Source: Tubulanus polymorphus (Eukaryota > Animalia > Nemertea). Taken from it: DNA of 64,000 bases. The notes below the pieces were generated by a model. That model saw nothing but the letters and a program-made list of their open reading frames with translations, did no database searches and was not told where the DNA came from. The DNA lies in contig NC_134032.1 in the NCBI RefSeq assembly GCF_964204645.1, positions 5,754,275-5,818,274 of the forward strand, written 5' to 3'. Position numbers and translations under genes: made by a program. Position 1 is the first letter of the stretch. Each line of letters opens with the position of its first letter. Of this stretch, positions 38,034 to 50,343 are shown piece by piece.

Positions 38034-38455
38034 ATGGCATCTGCTATTATAACTGTTATAGGATCGGCAATTCTTAACGCTTTAGCGTTTACAGGTGTTG
38101 GATATTTATTTAAGCATATTGATAAAAATGGTTCATTTTCAGAACAAAAAAGACATACTTAGCATTAGAGAAATATAATAAAGCTGCAGAAGAATATAGA
38201 GAAAAAAGACAAAACTATATGGATTATATTAACAAAGAATTATATAATCGAAATATTTCACATAGAGATTTTAAGTCAGTCGATGATGCTATGAGTTTAT
38301 GTAACGCAGTAACAAATAATGAAAAATTACATCTATATAAACCTACAATATCAGATTATTATACACCAAGTAATGAACAACAAAAATATGAAATAATTTG
38401 GATTTTAGGTGGAACGGTTATTGTTATATTTGTAGCATATAAATTTACAAATTAA
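38034..38455 (+). pseudogene. Frameshifted Maverick/adintovirus-type membrane protein (MASAIITVIGSAILNALAFTG...EQKRH..ALEKY...C-terminal TM)
   Basis: TAAATG start; a frameshift near 38158 joins it to the 38219-38455 ORF. Confidence 0.65.
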
Positions 38456-38480
38456 TTATATATAATTTTTTGCTAAATAA

Positions 38481-38917
38481 ATGGATGATAAAGTTGATAA
38501 TATTGATATCATTAACCCTCATGATATAAATAAAAATAAATTAAGAATATATTTAGAAAAACAAATATTAGAATTTGAAAGTGACTTAAAGATAAAAAAG
38601 AAAAAATATTTAAAATCTAAAATTATATATCATTTTATTATAAGTGGTTCAGTTACAATTAGTTCTGTAATAACATTTTTAGCAATCTTCTCACCATTAA
38701 CACCTTTAGCTATATCAATTGGCGTTTTAGGTTTAAGTTCAACTGTATTAACCGGAATTAGTCAAAATTGAATATAAAAAGTAATAAAGAAAAAATTGAA
38801 TCTAATATAAAAGAAAAAGATAAATTAAAGAATACATTAGATTATATAATTAGTTTAAATGGTTATATTACAACTGCAGAGCAGGATAAATTATTAAAAG
38901 AATTAATTAATTATTAA
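38481..38917 (+). pseudogene. Frameshifted coiled-coil + two-TM viral protein (resembles adintovirus 'GasderminX'-type ORFs)
   Basis: TAAATG start; basic helix, hydrophobic hairpin, then coiled coil after a frameshift near 38768. Confidence 0.5.
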
Positions 38918-39014
38918 TTTTTTAATAATATAAACGGGGTTTCCAAAAGCTTTCCAATATAATTAATCAATTAAATATAACATTCCTGCAATAGATTTTG
39001 ATAAAATCATTTGG

Positions 39015-39460
39015 ATTTGTCCCCTTTTTGAAAATTGGGGTGACGAGGGCTGCGGTCCAGTCAGCCGGGAGTTCGCCAGAATCGTATGATGTTTGGAAAA
39101 TTTTTGTGATAATTGGGGCCAATTCGCTATGGAGTTCTTTTAGTAGTCGAGGGTGAATTTGGTCTGGGCCGCAAGCCTTTTCAGGGTTTAGGTTACGCAG
39201 GAGGCGAACAACTCCTTTTACAGTAAATGTTATACTCAGCATGGTGGAAAAGTTATTTGGGAGGCTTTCTGAGCACAGTTGTTTCAGGTTGGCTGGGGAG
39301 CGTGGTGAGAAGCCTGACTGAAACTGGTTATTCAGAATTTCTGCTTTATCAATGTTATCGTTGAACATCTTTCCATCTTTTTTTAATGGGGGATTCCAAA
39401 TGGGTCTTGCTTACGGGATTTCAGGTACGAGAACAACTTTTTCGTGGAAAGAGTATATTC
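39015..39460 (-). pseudogene. CR1/jockey-group LINE ORF2 fragment (pre-RT region)
   Basis: KKLFSYLKS...KAEILNNQF...KACGPDQIHPRLLKE...PADWTAALVTPIFKKG. Confidence 0.85.
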
Positions 39461-40306
39461 AATATCGGAGGTATAGTCATCAAATCTTGACGGTTGCGAC
39501 TTTTTCCTATGGGACCGTATGGGTATTGACCCTTTTTCCACAATACAACGCAAATACAACGCTGATCCTGGAAGTTTGAGGCCATCGTTATACGGAAAGT
39601 TAGGTTTTTGTCGGAGCTCAGCACGATCGCGATCGGTAACTAGCACATGCGCAGTCTCCAACCAAAAAAAAAAAAACGACCGTGACACGCGTCTTCCAGA
39701 GCAGAAACAATGCCAACTTTGAGGAATATCTCTGTGCGCAAGCGCCTACAATGCCATTGTTGTCAATAGAATGGAAAAATGGAAGCGGTATAGTGTATTG
39801 CAACGATTATAGATCGAATATGAAAATTTGTGATGATCATTTTTGCTTCTCGTTTATTAAGCAAAAACAAGATCTTCCAGGAAAGGTATTGAAACCAGTG
39901 GCGGATCCAATTTTTCAGCCAAGTGATCTTGGAATTTTCTCTCCAAGATTTAAGTTTAGGAAATGGTGAAATTGTGAGCATATCTCGTTCCTTATATCAG
40001 CCAGATAAGTGCTCAGAATGCACCTACCCCCGGTAAGTGCATCTCATTTTTCAAAATTTTCAAACTTAGGTATGAAACCATAAATGAAATAGATACTTTT
40101 TACAATAACATTTAGGATACATAGATATTTTACACTTAAACTAAATTTCTTCATAGAAACTTTCAAAACTACGATAATATCATTCTCTAAACATGTTGCT
40201 AGCTGAAAGTCACAGATTAATGGCACTTTTATGCACGTAGCTTGGTAAGAAAAGTCACAGATTATCCGAGGTTAATATTGAGAAAAACACCACGGAAAAT
40301 TTGCAA

Positions 40307-41025
40307 TTTTTAGCCCACTTGGGACTTTAGTCCCAGCAAGCTATTGCGTTCACTTTTCGTCCGTCGTCCGTCCGTTCGCCCGTCCGTCCGTCCGTAGACG
40401 GAATCCAGTTATTTTAGGAAGTTTTGAAGACGCTTCAAGGTAATGTCTTGGTATTTGGTTTAGTATACGTATCTACCCTAGACACATCTTCAGCCCAAAA
40501 ACTGGCCCTGTCAAAATCAAGATGGCCTACTGGCAGCCATCGTTGTTCGCCAAAATGAGCACTTTTTACACGTTTTTGAACTTTTTGAGGGGAATTTTGA
40601 AGACGCCTTGATCAATTACCTCGATACTCGTATATATTTGAATCCCCCAGGGCCCATCAGCATAACAAAAATTGGGTCGATCGGACTCAAGATGGACGTC
40701 CTAGAACCTTTTAAAAGCCCCAAAATGTTAATTTTGGCCCGAATTCTGAGTCCTGTAGCTTCCTACTGGTTTGCCATTTCGCATTGCAATTGCTGATGGG
40801 TATTCTTTGGAAAAGGATGTTTTGTACCTGAGACAGGTACTTTTGATCAGCCAATTATGACGCAATTGGCGGCCATCTTGGTGTCATTAGTACTCGTTCA
40901 TAGGTGGGGAAAGGTTTTTCGACATTAATATATTGATGCCTAAGCATATTTTGTTACAACAATGAATTAGAAAGTTGTATCTTATAACGTGTTCTATGAT
41001 TGTGGTGAGTTTCAAGTTCATTGGA
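40307..41025 (+). mobile_element. HINE-like element, 5' part
   Basis: TTTTTAGCCCACTTGGGACTTTAGTCCCAG head and (GTCC)n tract; reverse complement of 26344-26930. Confidence 0.7.
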
Positions 41026-44000
41026 AGTCATCACACTACTGAAGTGGTCTTTATTTGCGAGTCCCCAATTGTATTGCAATTCAATTCACAATACACTGTC
41101 ACAACTAGTACGACTTATGTCAGCTTCACAGTACATTATACATTTGATAGCCGTTGTGGTAGTTGAAAATCGAATCAGATATTGTCTGATTTTGTGGTAA
41201 ACTCCCCCTGTGGTGGTTGGTTATGGAGCACGGAATTGGATATCGTGTCTGGACAGGCTCATTCGAGGCTGCGAAGTAAGCGTAATTCGGTCGTCAGCGA
41301 AAGCTACAAGTGTCTGGCAACACCCCGGTGCAGTCGCCGTTAATCAGACTCAAGCCGTAACTGGTCTTGCACAGTTGTTCAAATGTTGGTTAATATTAAC
41401 TGGTGGACAAATACCTCCAAATACCTCCACTTATGAACTAGACCAACATTCAAGCAACTATACCCCTTATTTCATTCAGATCTAGTCAGATTTGTCGACA
41501 GTTCGACGGTGTTCACGAGTACTCCTTAGAATTTTTCATAGTGCTCTTTTTCATGTCAATTATACGCGAAAGGACTGATTTTAGAAAATAGACTCGAACA
41601 GGGCACAAAAACTAGGGATAAAAAAGGGCGGCACCAAACGAGCTTGCCCTTTTGGGCTAAATTCGGACTCATCCATTTGCAGTCATGCGCGTAGTCCAAA
41701 AATATTCTTTAACGAAGATGAGCTTAAGACTAGCCATGATTGTCATATTCGGTATAGAACCAAAATGATCGTAGACTGGTCCTAAGTTATTAAATAGGCT
41801 ACAGAACTAAGTTGATCTTAGACTAGCCGTAAGTATTTTGATCGACTGAAATTAAAAGATGTTGTTAGCCTATAGTCTAAAATCTAAGCCCTTACTGTGC
41901 TATTTGGTCTGCCAGATTCGTAAAACCATGGACTATAAAAAGAGCCTTTCCTAGGTACGTTAGGTCTTCGCGAAGCCTATATAATTCCTGAAAATAAAAA
42001 GTATTAGAAACAGCAAATATTCCAAAAAAACTAACTATACCACGAAAATATAACAACAGTTTATTAATGATAAACAGATGACGACAATAAGACATTAGAA
42101 AAAAAAAACGGTAACAAATATTCAAATATTTGAATAAACGGTTACATTTTTAGAAGGTAATAACGAACCATGGCTGTTATCTCACATGGATAAGGAGCGA
42201 ATTGCTGTACAAATTAATTGTTGTAGAAGGTCCATCTATGAAATTAAAAAAAATGACTGTCGAATTATTTCTACTTCTACGGACTTTTAATTATCACGGA
42301 GCATGGAAAGAGGACAAATAAAGAACTGGAAATAGATGGAAGCATGGAACCGGAAGATAAGAAATAAAATTGTTTTCATTATTTGAGTATTTTCTACAAA
42401 AGAAGGACTGCGGAGTAAAAGGAGTGAAAATTGTATTGAATTGAATTCAAATGATGGAGAAGAAACGAAGGAAAATGACGAAAATGAAAGGAAAAAGAAT
42501 AACAATAAGGAGAAATATTCTTACTATTTTCACTATCATTTCGGGGAGAATAATGACGAAAACGCCCGCCATGAATGACCAAAATACTTTTCTTTTTAGT
42601 TCGTTGTTTTTGATAGAATTCTGAGCAACGGATCCAAGTGTTTCATGTAATTAAAAGAAGGCTGAAGGGTGAAGTAAAAAGCAGAAACAGATAGGCTTAC
42701 TAGTTAGGGTTTTCTGTCTCTTCACAGAAACCCCTATTAAAATTCGCGTGATTATTATTTTTTGTTTCCCTTTTCCACATAGTTTTTGTTAAAAGTGTAA
42801 AAGGCTTCCTTACCCTACTGCTGTCGCGGATACAATCTGTATGACATCCTTCAGCTCACTTCAATCTCCAGATAATGCATGGGAATTTTAATAAATCCAC
42901 GTTATAAAGGCACTGTCGAGCCGTAAACATCGGAAATTTGGCTCCGTTCAATTAGTAGCCATGTTGTGTTTTCTTTCCGACATTTCTCTCTTCTTTCCGA
43001 GGAAGAGCTATCGAATAATTCCCTCTCTTCTCCACAATCAATTTCAAAGTCAATTTTATGAATTTATTGCTCAGCGGGTCCGAGTCCAGGAGTTTACGAG
43101 TATGGCGTTCGCGTGTCTGACAGGCTTACGGGCATTTGTTTGTTACCTCTTTAATATTTTTGATTTCTTGTTATTCCGGTTATTTCATTTAAGTATATTG
43201 CTGATAAGTTCATGTAACCAAAAGCGTCAATAAACAGATTTTGAATTGATCAAGTTTAAATCAAGGTCGTTGAGTCGCGGACGGCAAGCAATTTGGTTGG
43301 TGTTTGCCTGTGAACGGAATCTTTTGACGAGTTGCATATGAGCTATCCACGTTCCCCTCTCGACCCGTTACTCTCTCGACCCGTTCCCGTCTCGACAGAT
43401 AAGATAAGATAATTTATTACTCTCCAACCATTTCCATGGTACGTGGAGGAAAAAAAAGATTTTGTTTACAAATATTTACATATCGAGAGAAAAATAAAAA
43501 ATATTTTAAAAACATAACAAGAGTATGTACAATATATACAAATACAGTGTACTATTTACAATTGACAGACTACAGGAGGGATCTATATACATCTAAACCA
43601 TCTTTTATAAATTGTGCTAATTGAAAATTTGGAGTTTTTAATATATCAAAGTTTCTAAATGTATCTAAATTCGGAATTGTATTGCGAAGTTCGGTAAGAA
43701 TCTTACAATCAAAGAGAAAATGTAATTCATCCCCAAAAACATTGCAGATTGGGCACATTCTTTCGTTTCTAGGTAGATGGAGATTAGAAAATCTATGTAC
43801 AGGTAATAGGTGGGATCCTATTCTAAACTGAAAAAAACTAAAAACGCAATTATCACCTAGTTGGTTAATATAATTCTCAAACTTAATATCGTTTTTGTAT
43901 TCCCTGAAATTAATATATAACGGATTATTATTGATTTTTAAAATGGTCTCTTGTGCATACTGGTCACGTAGAATTTGTCTTACATATTTTGAAAACGCCC

Positions 44001-46597
44001 TAGATCTTTGCGTATATTGTTGCATCCATACATAGGACAGACCGCAGTCATCAAAGGTTTGTTCAATACTGAAAAGCCAAGGACTAGTATGTTTGTCATT
44101 TAGATACAGATTACAGGAAATTCGATAGAGTATTGCATTAAGCTTAGATTGTTTGCCAGATACAGTTTTACACCAAAAATTAATCATTCTACGCTTTACT
44201 TCAATGAACAAAGGATAACACCCTAACTCTGCTAACACCGGTAAATTATGAGAATACTTTGTTACCTTCATTAAAATCTTGCAAAAAAAGACAATGAATA
44301 TTTTCTAATAAGTCTAAATTTTCGTATCCCCATACCTCGCAACCATACATGGCAACAGGGGCAACGCACATATCGAATAATTTAAACATTACGTCGATTG
44401 GGAGTTTCAGGCGCCTACCCTTTTGAATATTCGAAAACATAGCTCTCATAGCTTTATCGTAAAGATATTTTCTTGCTTTAACAAAACTACCGTTCCAGTT
44501 GAATTTAACTCCGAGGTACAAATAATCTTTAACTATCTCCAATTCTTGGTTGCCAAACATAAATTTTGGAATTTGCTTAATTCTAGATTTACTTCGCGCA
44601 AAAACTAATATTTTTGTTTCATCGACATTTACAGTGAGGCCGTTGTCTGTGCAATATTCAAATAATGTATCTAAGTGTAACTGTAGTGATCTCTCATCCT
44701 CGGCAAGAATGACCGTGTCATCCGCATATAGGATAATAAATAAATTCAGTAAAGCATCAAGATCCTGATTACACCCCGAGTTCAGATGTTCCATAAACGA
44801 TAAAGTTGAGTTACCACGGCTAATAAAAAATTCCTCAATATCATTCAAAAATAAAGAAAAAAGAATAGGTGACAGGTTTTCGCCTTGTCTTAAACCACGA
44901 TCAGCTGCGAAATAATGCGATGTATTACCCTTAGACCTAACACATGATTTGACGGAATCGTACATACTTTTTTACCGGTTATACAATTAGCTATGAGTTT
45001 CTTCCATAAAGTAACCCTACAAACCGAATCAAAAGCTTTCTTGAAGTCGACAAAAGCGCAGAAAAGTCTTCTTCCTTGACAAAGATACAACTCGACGATG
45101 GTTTTTAGGGTGTAAATATGATCGATAGTTGAGTATTTAGATCTAAAACCAGCCTGAGCTTCACTAATAATGTTGTTAATATCTAGGAATGAAGACATTC
45201 TTTGATTCAATATACTTGTAAATAATTTGCCTAAACAGCTAACTAGTGTGATGCCTCTATAATTATCTGGATTGGCGGGGTCTCCTTTGTTTTTAAAAAT
45301 GGGTTTAATGACGCCAACGGACCACATCTCTGGTACATGGCCAGTTTTAAGTACTAAGTTAAAATATTTTGTAATATGCTTGCTATACATGGATACTCAT
45401 TAAATTTCAGCATTTCATTGATAATTCCATCTATACCAGATGCCTTGTTGTTTTTCAATGAAGATATAGCTTTGCCTATTTCTTCAGTAGAAATTTCACA
45501 GTTTAACATGGAGTTGTCATAATCAGGTGGGTTATCATCTTGAGTTTCAGTAATGGTATCAGTCTGCTCGTTTACGTTAATATTCAAATCATTCAGTCTC
45601 ATGAAGTGTTCAAGGAAAGTATCGATATCGATATTATCTTTGTCAACTGTTGTTACTGTCGCTGAGTTCAGCATAGACCAGTATTTCTTAGGGTTACTAA
45701 TTTCACATTCTCTTAATTCTTTGATAAGGTTTTCTTTCTGTCTTCTTTTAGATTCTCGAATAATTTTTTTATATTTCCTAGACGAGTTCTTTAAAAATTC
45801 TAAGTTTGCGGAATTCGGACAGCTCCTATATCTATTTCGCCTATAATTATACTCTTTTTGCGCTATTCTACAATCCCGACTAAACCACCTATTATACGCT
45901 TGCTTTTTACGGCTACTGCTTTTCCTATGCTGCATAAGATTACACTCATCGGCACTTTCTAATAATGACGATACAAATTTATCAGTAAGTTCATTTATAC
46001 AGTCAGCTGTTTGCGTATCTGCATTCTGAAGCCCGTTCAACAGTAAATCGTTCAGGTTAGCGTTACACAATTTTGATTCAACGGTAGCAAAGAATTGATC
46101 TGATTTTTCTTTGTCCCATCTCACTGACGGGATCTCTTCCGTCTGCCCATTATTTTCGTTATCAACAACAGTGTCCCTAATGCCCACATACAAACAGAGC
46201 GAGATAGCATTGTGTCCATCGGATAATAAAGGATCGAAAGGCATTATTTAAAATTTAGAAAAATAATTAAACAACTCAACATCACTCAAACAATAATCGA
46301 TAACACTAGTGCCCTTAAAGGTATAATTACCAGACTGGTCACTGCCACACCTGCCATTAAGAATGATTAGTGAATGATTGTTACACAAGTCAGTTAATTG
46401 ATATCCGGTATTATTGGTTCTTTTGTCTTGGTTGTTTCTAGTAGTGGGGACACCTAGATTAGATTTCCCTTTAATCTATTTTAGCGTGTAACTGTTTCTA
46501 CGTTAATTTTCCTTTAGTTTGTATCATCTCTGATTACTTGAATTAGTCTCTTTGTCCCTGGATTGTATATATATCTCATAATTTCTGTAGTATCTCA

Positions 46598-46643
46598 TTA
46601 TTCCTGAAGATGACTATTAGGATATAGTCGAAACGTTGAATAA
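46598..46643 (+). ncRNA. Minimal type-I hammerhead ribozyme in the 5' pLTR
   Basis: Stem I TTATTC/GAATAA, core CTGAAGA, stem II GACTAT/ATAGTC, GAAAC with palindromic ACGT stem III. Confidence 0.85.
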
Positions 46644-46736
46644 ACTACTATCTCGAAGTTTCATTTTCGGACTTTTTATTATCATTGTGGGATTCTCTCC
46701 TCATCGCGTCAACACGGATATTGTGTTTTACCTATC

Positions 46737-49145
46737 GTGATCATGCTACCCACGGATCGAAATATCGTATTAAAATTCTTCTTCTTCACGTTCCCGTACC
46801 TCGTCGCTAGCTTCCGAAATTATGAGAAATGCTATATCAAATCCAGGACTGCTAAAAGTAAAGTCAAGTTCCTTCAGGAGTGTTATGCCGAAAAAGTGGT
46901 TCCGCGATCACTTTCTTGGATTTGGAAATACGACTCCAGCTCTGCGTTTCCACCCGAAGCTAACAAGCAACTCAAATTCGCTATAGATCGTGCTAAGGAA
47001 GACTGTAACTATCAGTTCTATAAATTCCGTCAATCTCAAAATTATTTGAAGTCACACGTACCGGACCTATTCCTCTGGAAATCGCTCTCCACTATTGTTC
47101 AAGGCTCTGGAAAATATCATCAGCACAGAAAGTCCGTGGATCTTACCAACCAACTGAATAAACTCATTGATTCCAGCCCTTGGACTAGATTTAGCAACAC
47201 CGAAAACATAGTAAATTTGTCTTCAACCACGTTATCTTCTACTCAGTGTCAACTTCTCGGCTACGGTTTGAATTTTTCTCTTCCTCATCAAGATAAACAT
47301 GTTTTAGACTTTGTCACCCAATTGGACTATCGCAAATCATCTCCGAACAGTTTGGACTATAACTTTATATTCATGAATCTACAGGCTATATGCGATCAAC
47401 TCAACAGGAACCTTTTTGAATATCTACCTCGTCGATTTCGGCTCGCCCTCCAAGAACTACGGAAGTTAAAGACTATTAAAATATCTAAGGCTGATAAAGG
47501 TGGCAAGATTGTGATTTTAGATCTGGATAATTATAATGTTAAAATGCAATCTCTCTTGGATAATCCTGGTGTTTATAAGAAACTTAAATCGAATCCTCTT
47601 CCTCGTATGCAAGCTAATTTCAACAGAAGTCTTTCGGATATTATTAAACGTTTCCCCTCCGCTAAAGAAACTCTGAATAAGTTCCATTCACGTCTTCCCT
47701 CTTTACCATATATCTATGGTTTGCCTAAAATTCATAAAGATAATGTTCCACTGCGCCCTATAGTCTCCAATTGTAATTCTCCTACATACCGGTTATCTAA
47801 ATTTCTCGCGAAACAGTTATCTCCGGTGCTCGGTTCGTTCTCTCCGTCGCACCTTCGCCATAATCAACACTTACTTGAACGTATTAAGAATATTATCCCT
47901 GGCAACGACAAATTTATATCATTTGATGTTACTTCCCTTTTTACCAATGTTCCTCTTGGACCTACTCTTGATTTCTTAAAACGCAGATTACCATCACTTA
48001 ACATTAACTTCGGCATTCCTACGGATTGTATCATCGACCTTATCTCTATTTGTACGACGGACTCCTTTTTTGAATTCAACCATTGTTTTTACGAGCAGAC
48101 ATTCGGTATCGCTATGGGAAATCCTCTAAGTCCTATTCTAGCTAATTTATTCCTAGAACATGTTGAATCTGAAATATTGCCTCTTTACACTGATATTCAC
48201 CCTAAAATCTGGCTCAGATATGTTGACGATGTTCTGGCTTTGGTTCCCTTTGACTTCAATGTAGATAACTTTCTTATATATTTAAACTCCCTTTACCCGT
48301 CTCTGGCTTTTACGTATGAATGGGAATCTAATAGTAAAATACCTTTTCTGGATGTTTTGATTTTTAACTGTGGATCCTTTTTGAAATTCGCGGTTTATAG
48401 GAAACCTACCAACGCTGAATCCTACCTCCATTACTTCTCTTTTACTTCTCCGGATATTAAACTCGGTTTAGCTCAAGGATTATTTCTTCGCGCTTTGAGA
48501 ATTTGCGACCCCTCATTTCTACCCGATGAAATTCACCATATTAACCAATCTCTCAAAAAACTTGCCTACCCCGATTTCCTATTGAAAAAAGCTCTACTTA
48601 AAGCTCGTACTACGCATTTTAGAAATAACAACCTTAGAACTCCTACGTTGGCTACCGATAAACAGCCTATCATTGTACCGTATGTACCTTTCCTCGAGAA
48701 TTCTAAAGTTTCTCTTCGGTCACTAAATAAACAACTCATCTTTAAATACAATAATAAACTTAGTAACATATTGATTAACAACAAACCGAAAACCGAATCC
48801 CTAAACTGTGGAATTTATAAAATACCTTGTAAAGTTTGCGACAAAGTATATATAGGAGAAACAGGTCGGAATCTTAATCAACGCATAAAAGAGCATAAAT
48901 TAGATGTAAAAAACTTTAAACCTGAAAGCGGAGTTGCTAGTCATGTTTTTCAGACTTCACACAATTTTGATTTTGCTAATGCTGAATTAGTTTACCCTTG
49001 CAGCGATAAAACTAGAAGACATATTTTGGAATCTGCATTAATTATTGAAAATTCGAACAACGTTGTAAACCTTAACAATGGTTTTTCACCCCATAATAAA
49101 CTTATATCAAAATTCCTCTGTAAACTGGTTAAACTCAACACTTGA
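46737..49145 (+). CDS. Penelope RT + GIY-YIG endonuclease (802 aa; first ATG at 46743)
   Basis: KADKG, YGLPKIHK..PLRPIVS, SFDVTSLFTNVP, GIAMGNPLSP, RYVDD, FLDV, YRKPT; GIYKIPC..C..VYIGETGR..RIKEH. Confidence 0.97.
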   Translation: MIMLPTDRNIVLKFFFFTFPYLVASFRNYEKCYIKSRTAKSKVKFLQECYAEKVVPRSLSWIWKYDSSSAFPPEANKQLKFAIDRAKEDCNYQFYKFRQSQNYLKSHVPDLFLWKSLSTIVQGSGKYHQHRKSVDLTNQLNKLIDSSPWTRFSNTENIVNLSSTTLSSTQCQLLGYGLNFSLPHQDKHVLDFVTQLDYRKSSPNSLDYNFIFMNLQAICDQLNRNLFEYLPRRFRLALQELRKLKTIKISKADKGGKIVILDLDNYNVKMQSLLDNPGVYKKLKSNPLPRMQANFNRSLSDIIKRFPSAKETLNKFHSRLPSLPYIYGLPKIHKDNVPLRPIVSNCNSPTYRLSKFLAKQLSPVLGSFSPSHLRHNQHLLERIKNIIPGNDKFISFDVTSLFTNVPLGPTLDFLKRRLPSLNINFGIPTDCIIDLISICTTDSFFEFNHCFYEQTFGIAMGNPLSPILANLFLEHVESEILPLYTDIHPKIWLRYVDDVLALVPFDFNVDNFLIYLNSLYPSLAFTYEWESNSKIPFLDVLIFNCGSFLKFAVYRKPTNAESYLHYFSFTSPDIKLGLAQGLFLRALRICDPSFLPDEIHHINQSLKKLAYPDFLLKKALLKARTTHFRNNNLRTPTLATDKQPIIVPYVPFLENSKVSLRSLNKQLIFKYNNKLSNILINNKPKTESLNCGIYKIPCKVCDKVYIGETGRNLNQRIKEHKLDVKNFKPESGVASHVFQTSHNFDFANAELVYPCSDKTRRHILESALIIENSNNVVNLNNGFSPHNKLISKFLCKLVKLNT

Positions 49146-49449
49146 TTTCCCCTTTGATTATTTGTTATTTGTTCTCTCATCAATTTCGTCTCTGACTTAA
49201 CTTGTATTCACCTTTGTTTTAAGTGCCCCCTAGTTTGTCTTTCTTTTTACTACTGACTTTAAGTTTCATTTATATTTATACTCACTATTGTTGTTTATAA
49301 TCACCCCTTAGTTTGCTTCCCTTTAATCTATTTTAGCGTGTAACTGTTTCTACGTTAATTTTCCTTTAGTTTGTATCATCTCTGATTACTTGAATTAGTC
49401 TCTTTGTCCCTGGATTGTATATATATCTCATAATTTCTGTAGTATCTCA

Positions 49450-49495
49450 TTATTCCTGAAGATGACTATTAGGATATAGTCGAAACGTTGAATAA
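49450..49495 (+). ncRNA. Minimal type-I hammerhead ribozyme in the 3' pLTR
   Basis: Identical to 46598-46643. Confidence 0.85.
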
Positions 49496-50343
49496 ACTAC
49501 TATCTCGAAGTTTCATTTTCGGACTTTTTATTATCATTGTGGGATTCTCTCCTCACCTAGATTAGATGACAGCTGCGAGTCAACAATAGAGTGTAAATTA
49601 TGTTCGTCTATGATATGAATATCAGGTTCTAATAAGTCAGGCAAACAAGAAGTGTGGGCATTAAAATCTCCAGTAATTAATACATTAATATCGTGTTCGA
49701 CTCTTAATTGTAATAGTTCTAACTCGATTTCACTAATTGCTCCTTCCGAATAGTAGCGACTATTTTCGGGGGGGATATAAACCACACCTAAAAGTATATG
49801 TTTGTCGTAATTAAATAAAGACTTATCTAATAAGTACCAAGATACATATTGACTGTCAGTCAAAATTGGTCTTATTTTAGATTGTAGAAGTTTCTTGTAA
49901 ATGATGCCAACGCCACCAGAGCCTTTCTTCGAAAACCATTTCCTATTTTTAAAATGACCTACATAAGAAGCGGGCAAACTACTGCTTAGGTCACCATCTA
50001 CATCATCTAGATGAGTTTCGGTCAAACATACAATATCGTTACTGCAGATAAAATCTGAAAATTCCGGGATGTCAAGTTTGCTTGTCAAACCACACACATT
50101 AAGAGTAGATAAATTCATACCAACAGGATCATCAATAATTACATTTAGCTCATCACATGAATTATCTGACGTAATATTAAATCTTTGGCTATTTACAGGA
50201 ACACATGAATCTAAACTTTCACTTCCGCTATTTACATCTTGATATATGTGAATACTATTAACAAACTCTACAACAAAACACCGCTTTCTCGACTGGAGCA
50301 CCGCACGATCTACGAACTCTAAGCAGAAGCCCTCCGCGACTTC

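Larger units (their letters stand above)
35293..39010 (+). mobile_element. Decayed Polinton/Maverick (adintovirus)-like endogenous viral segment
   Basis: Abrupt, extremely AT-rich, intronless and tightly packed co-oriented ORFs with TAAATG starts; penton-like, OB-fold-like and membrane-protein ORFs; no polB, integrase or major capsid in the window. Confidence 0.7.
46465..49553 (+). mobile_element. Penelope-like retroelement, apparently intact, with 237-bp direct pseudo-LTRs and 14-bp TSD
   Basis: pLTRs 46465-46701 and 49317-49553 look identical; TSD CACCTAGATTAGAT at 46451-46464 and 49554-49567. Confidence 0.95.
43570..50130 (-). pseudogene. LINE ORF2 (endonuclease-RT) in pieces: 49568-50130, 45354-46464, 44966-45390, 44246-44965, 43570-44271
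   Basis: The frame rejoins across the PLE (SSNLG|VPTTRNNQDK); one stop near 46248 and three frameshifts. Confidence 0.85.
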
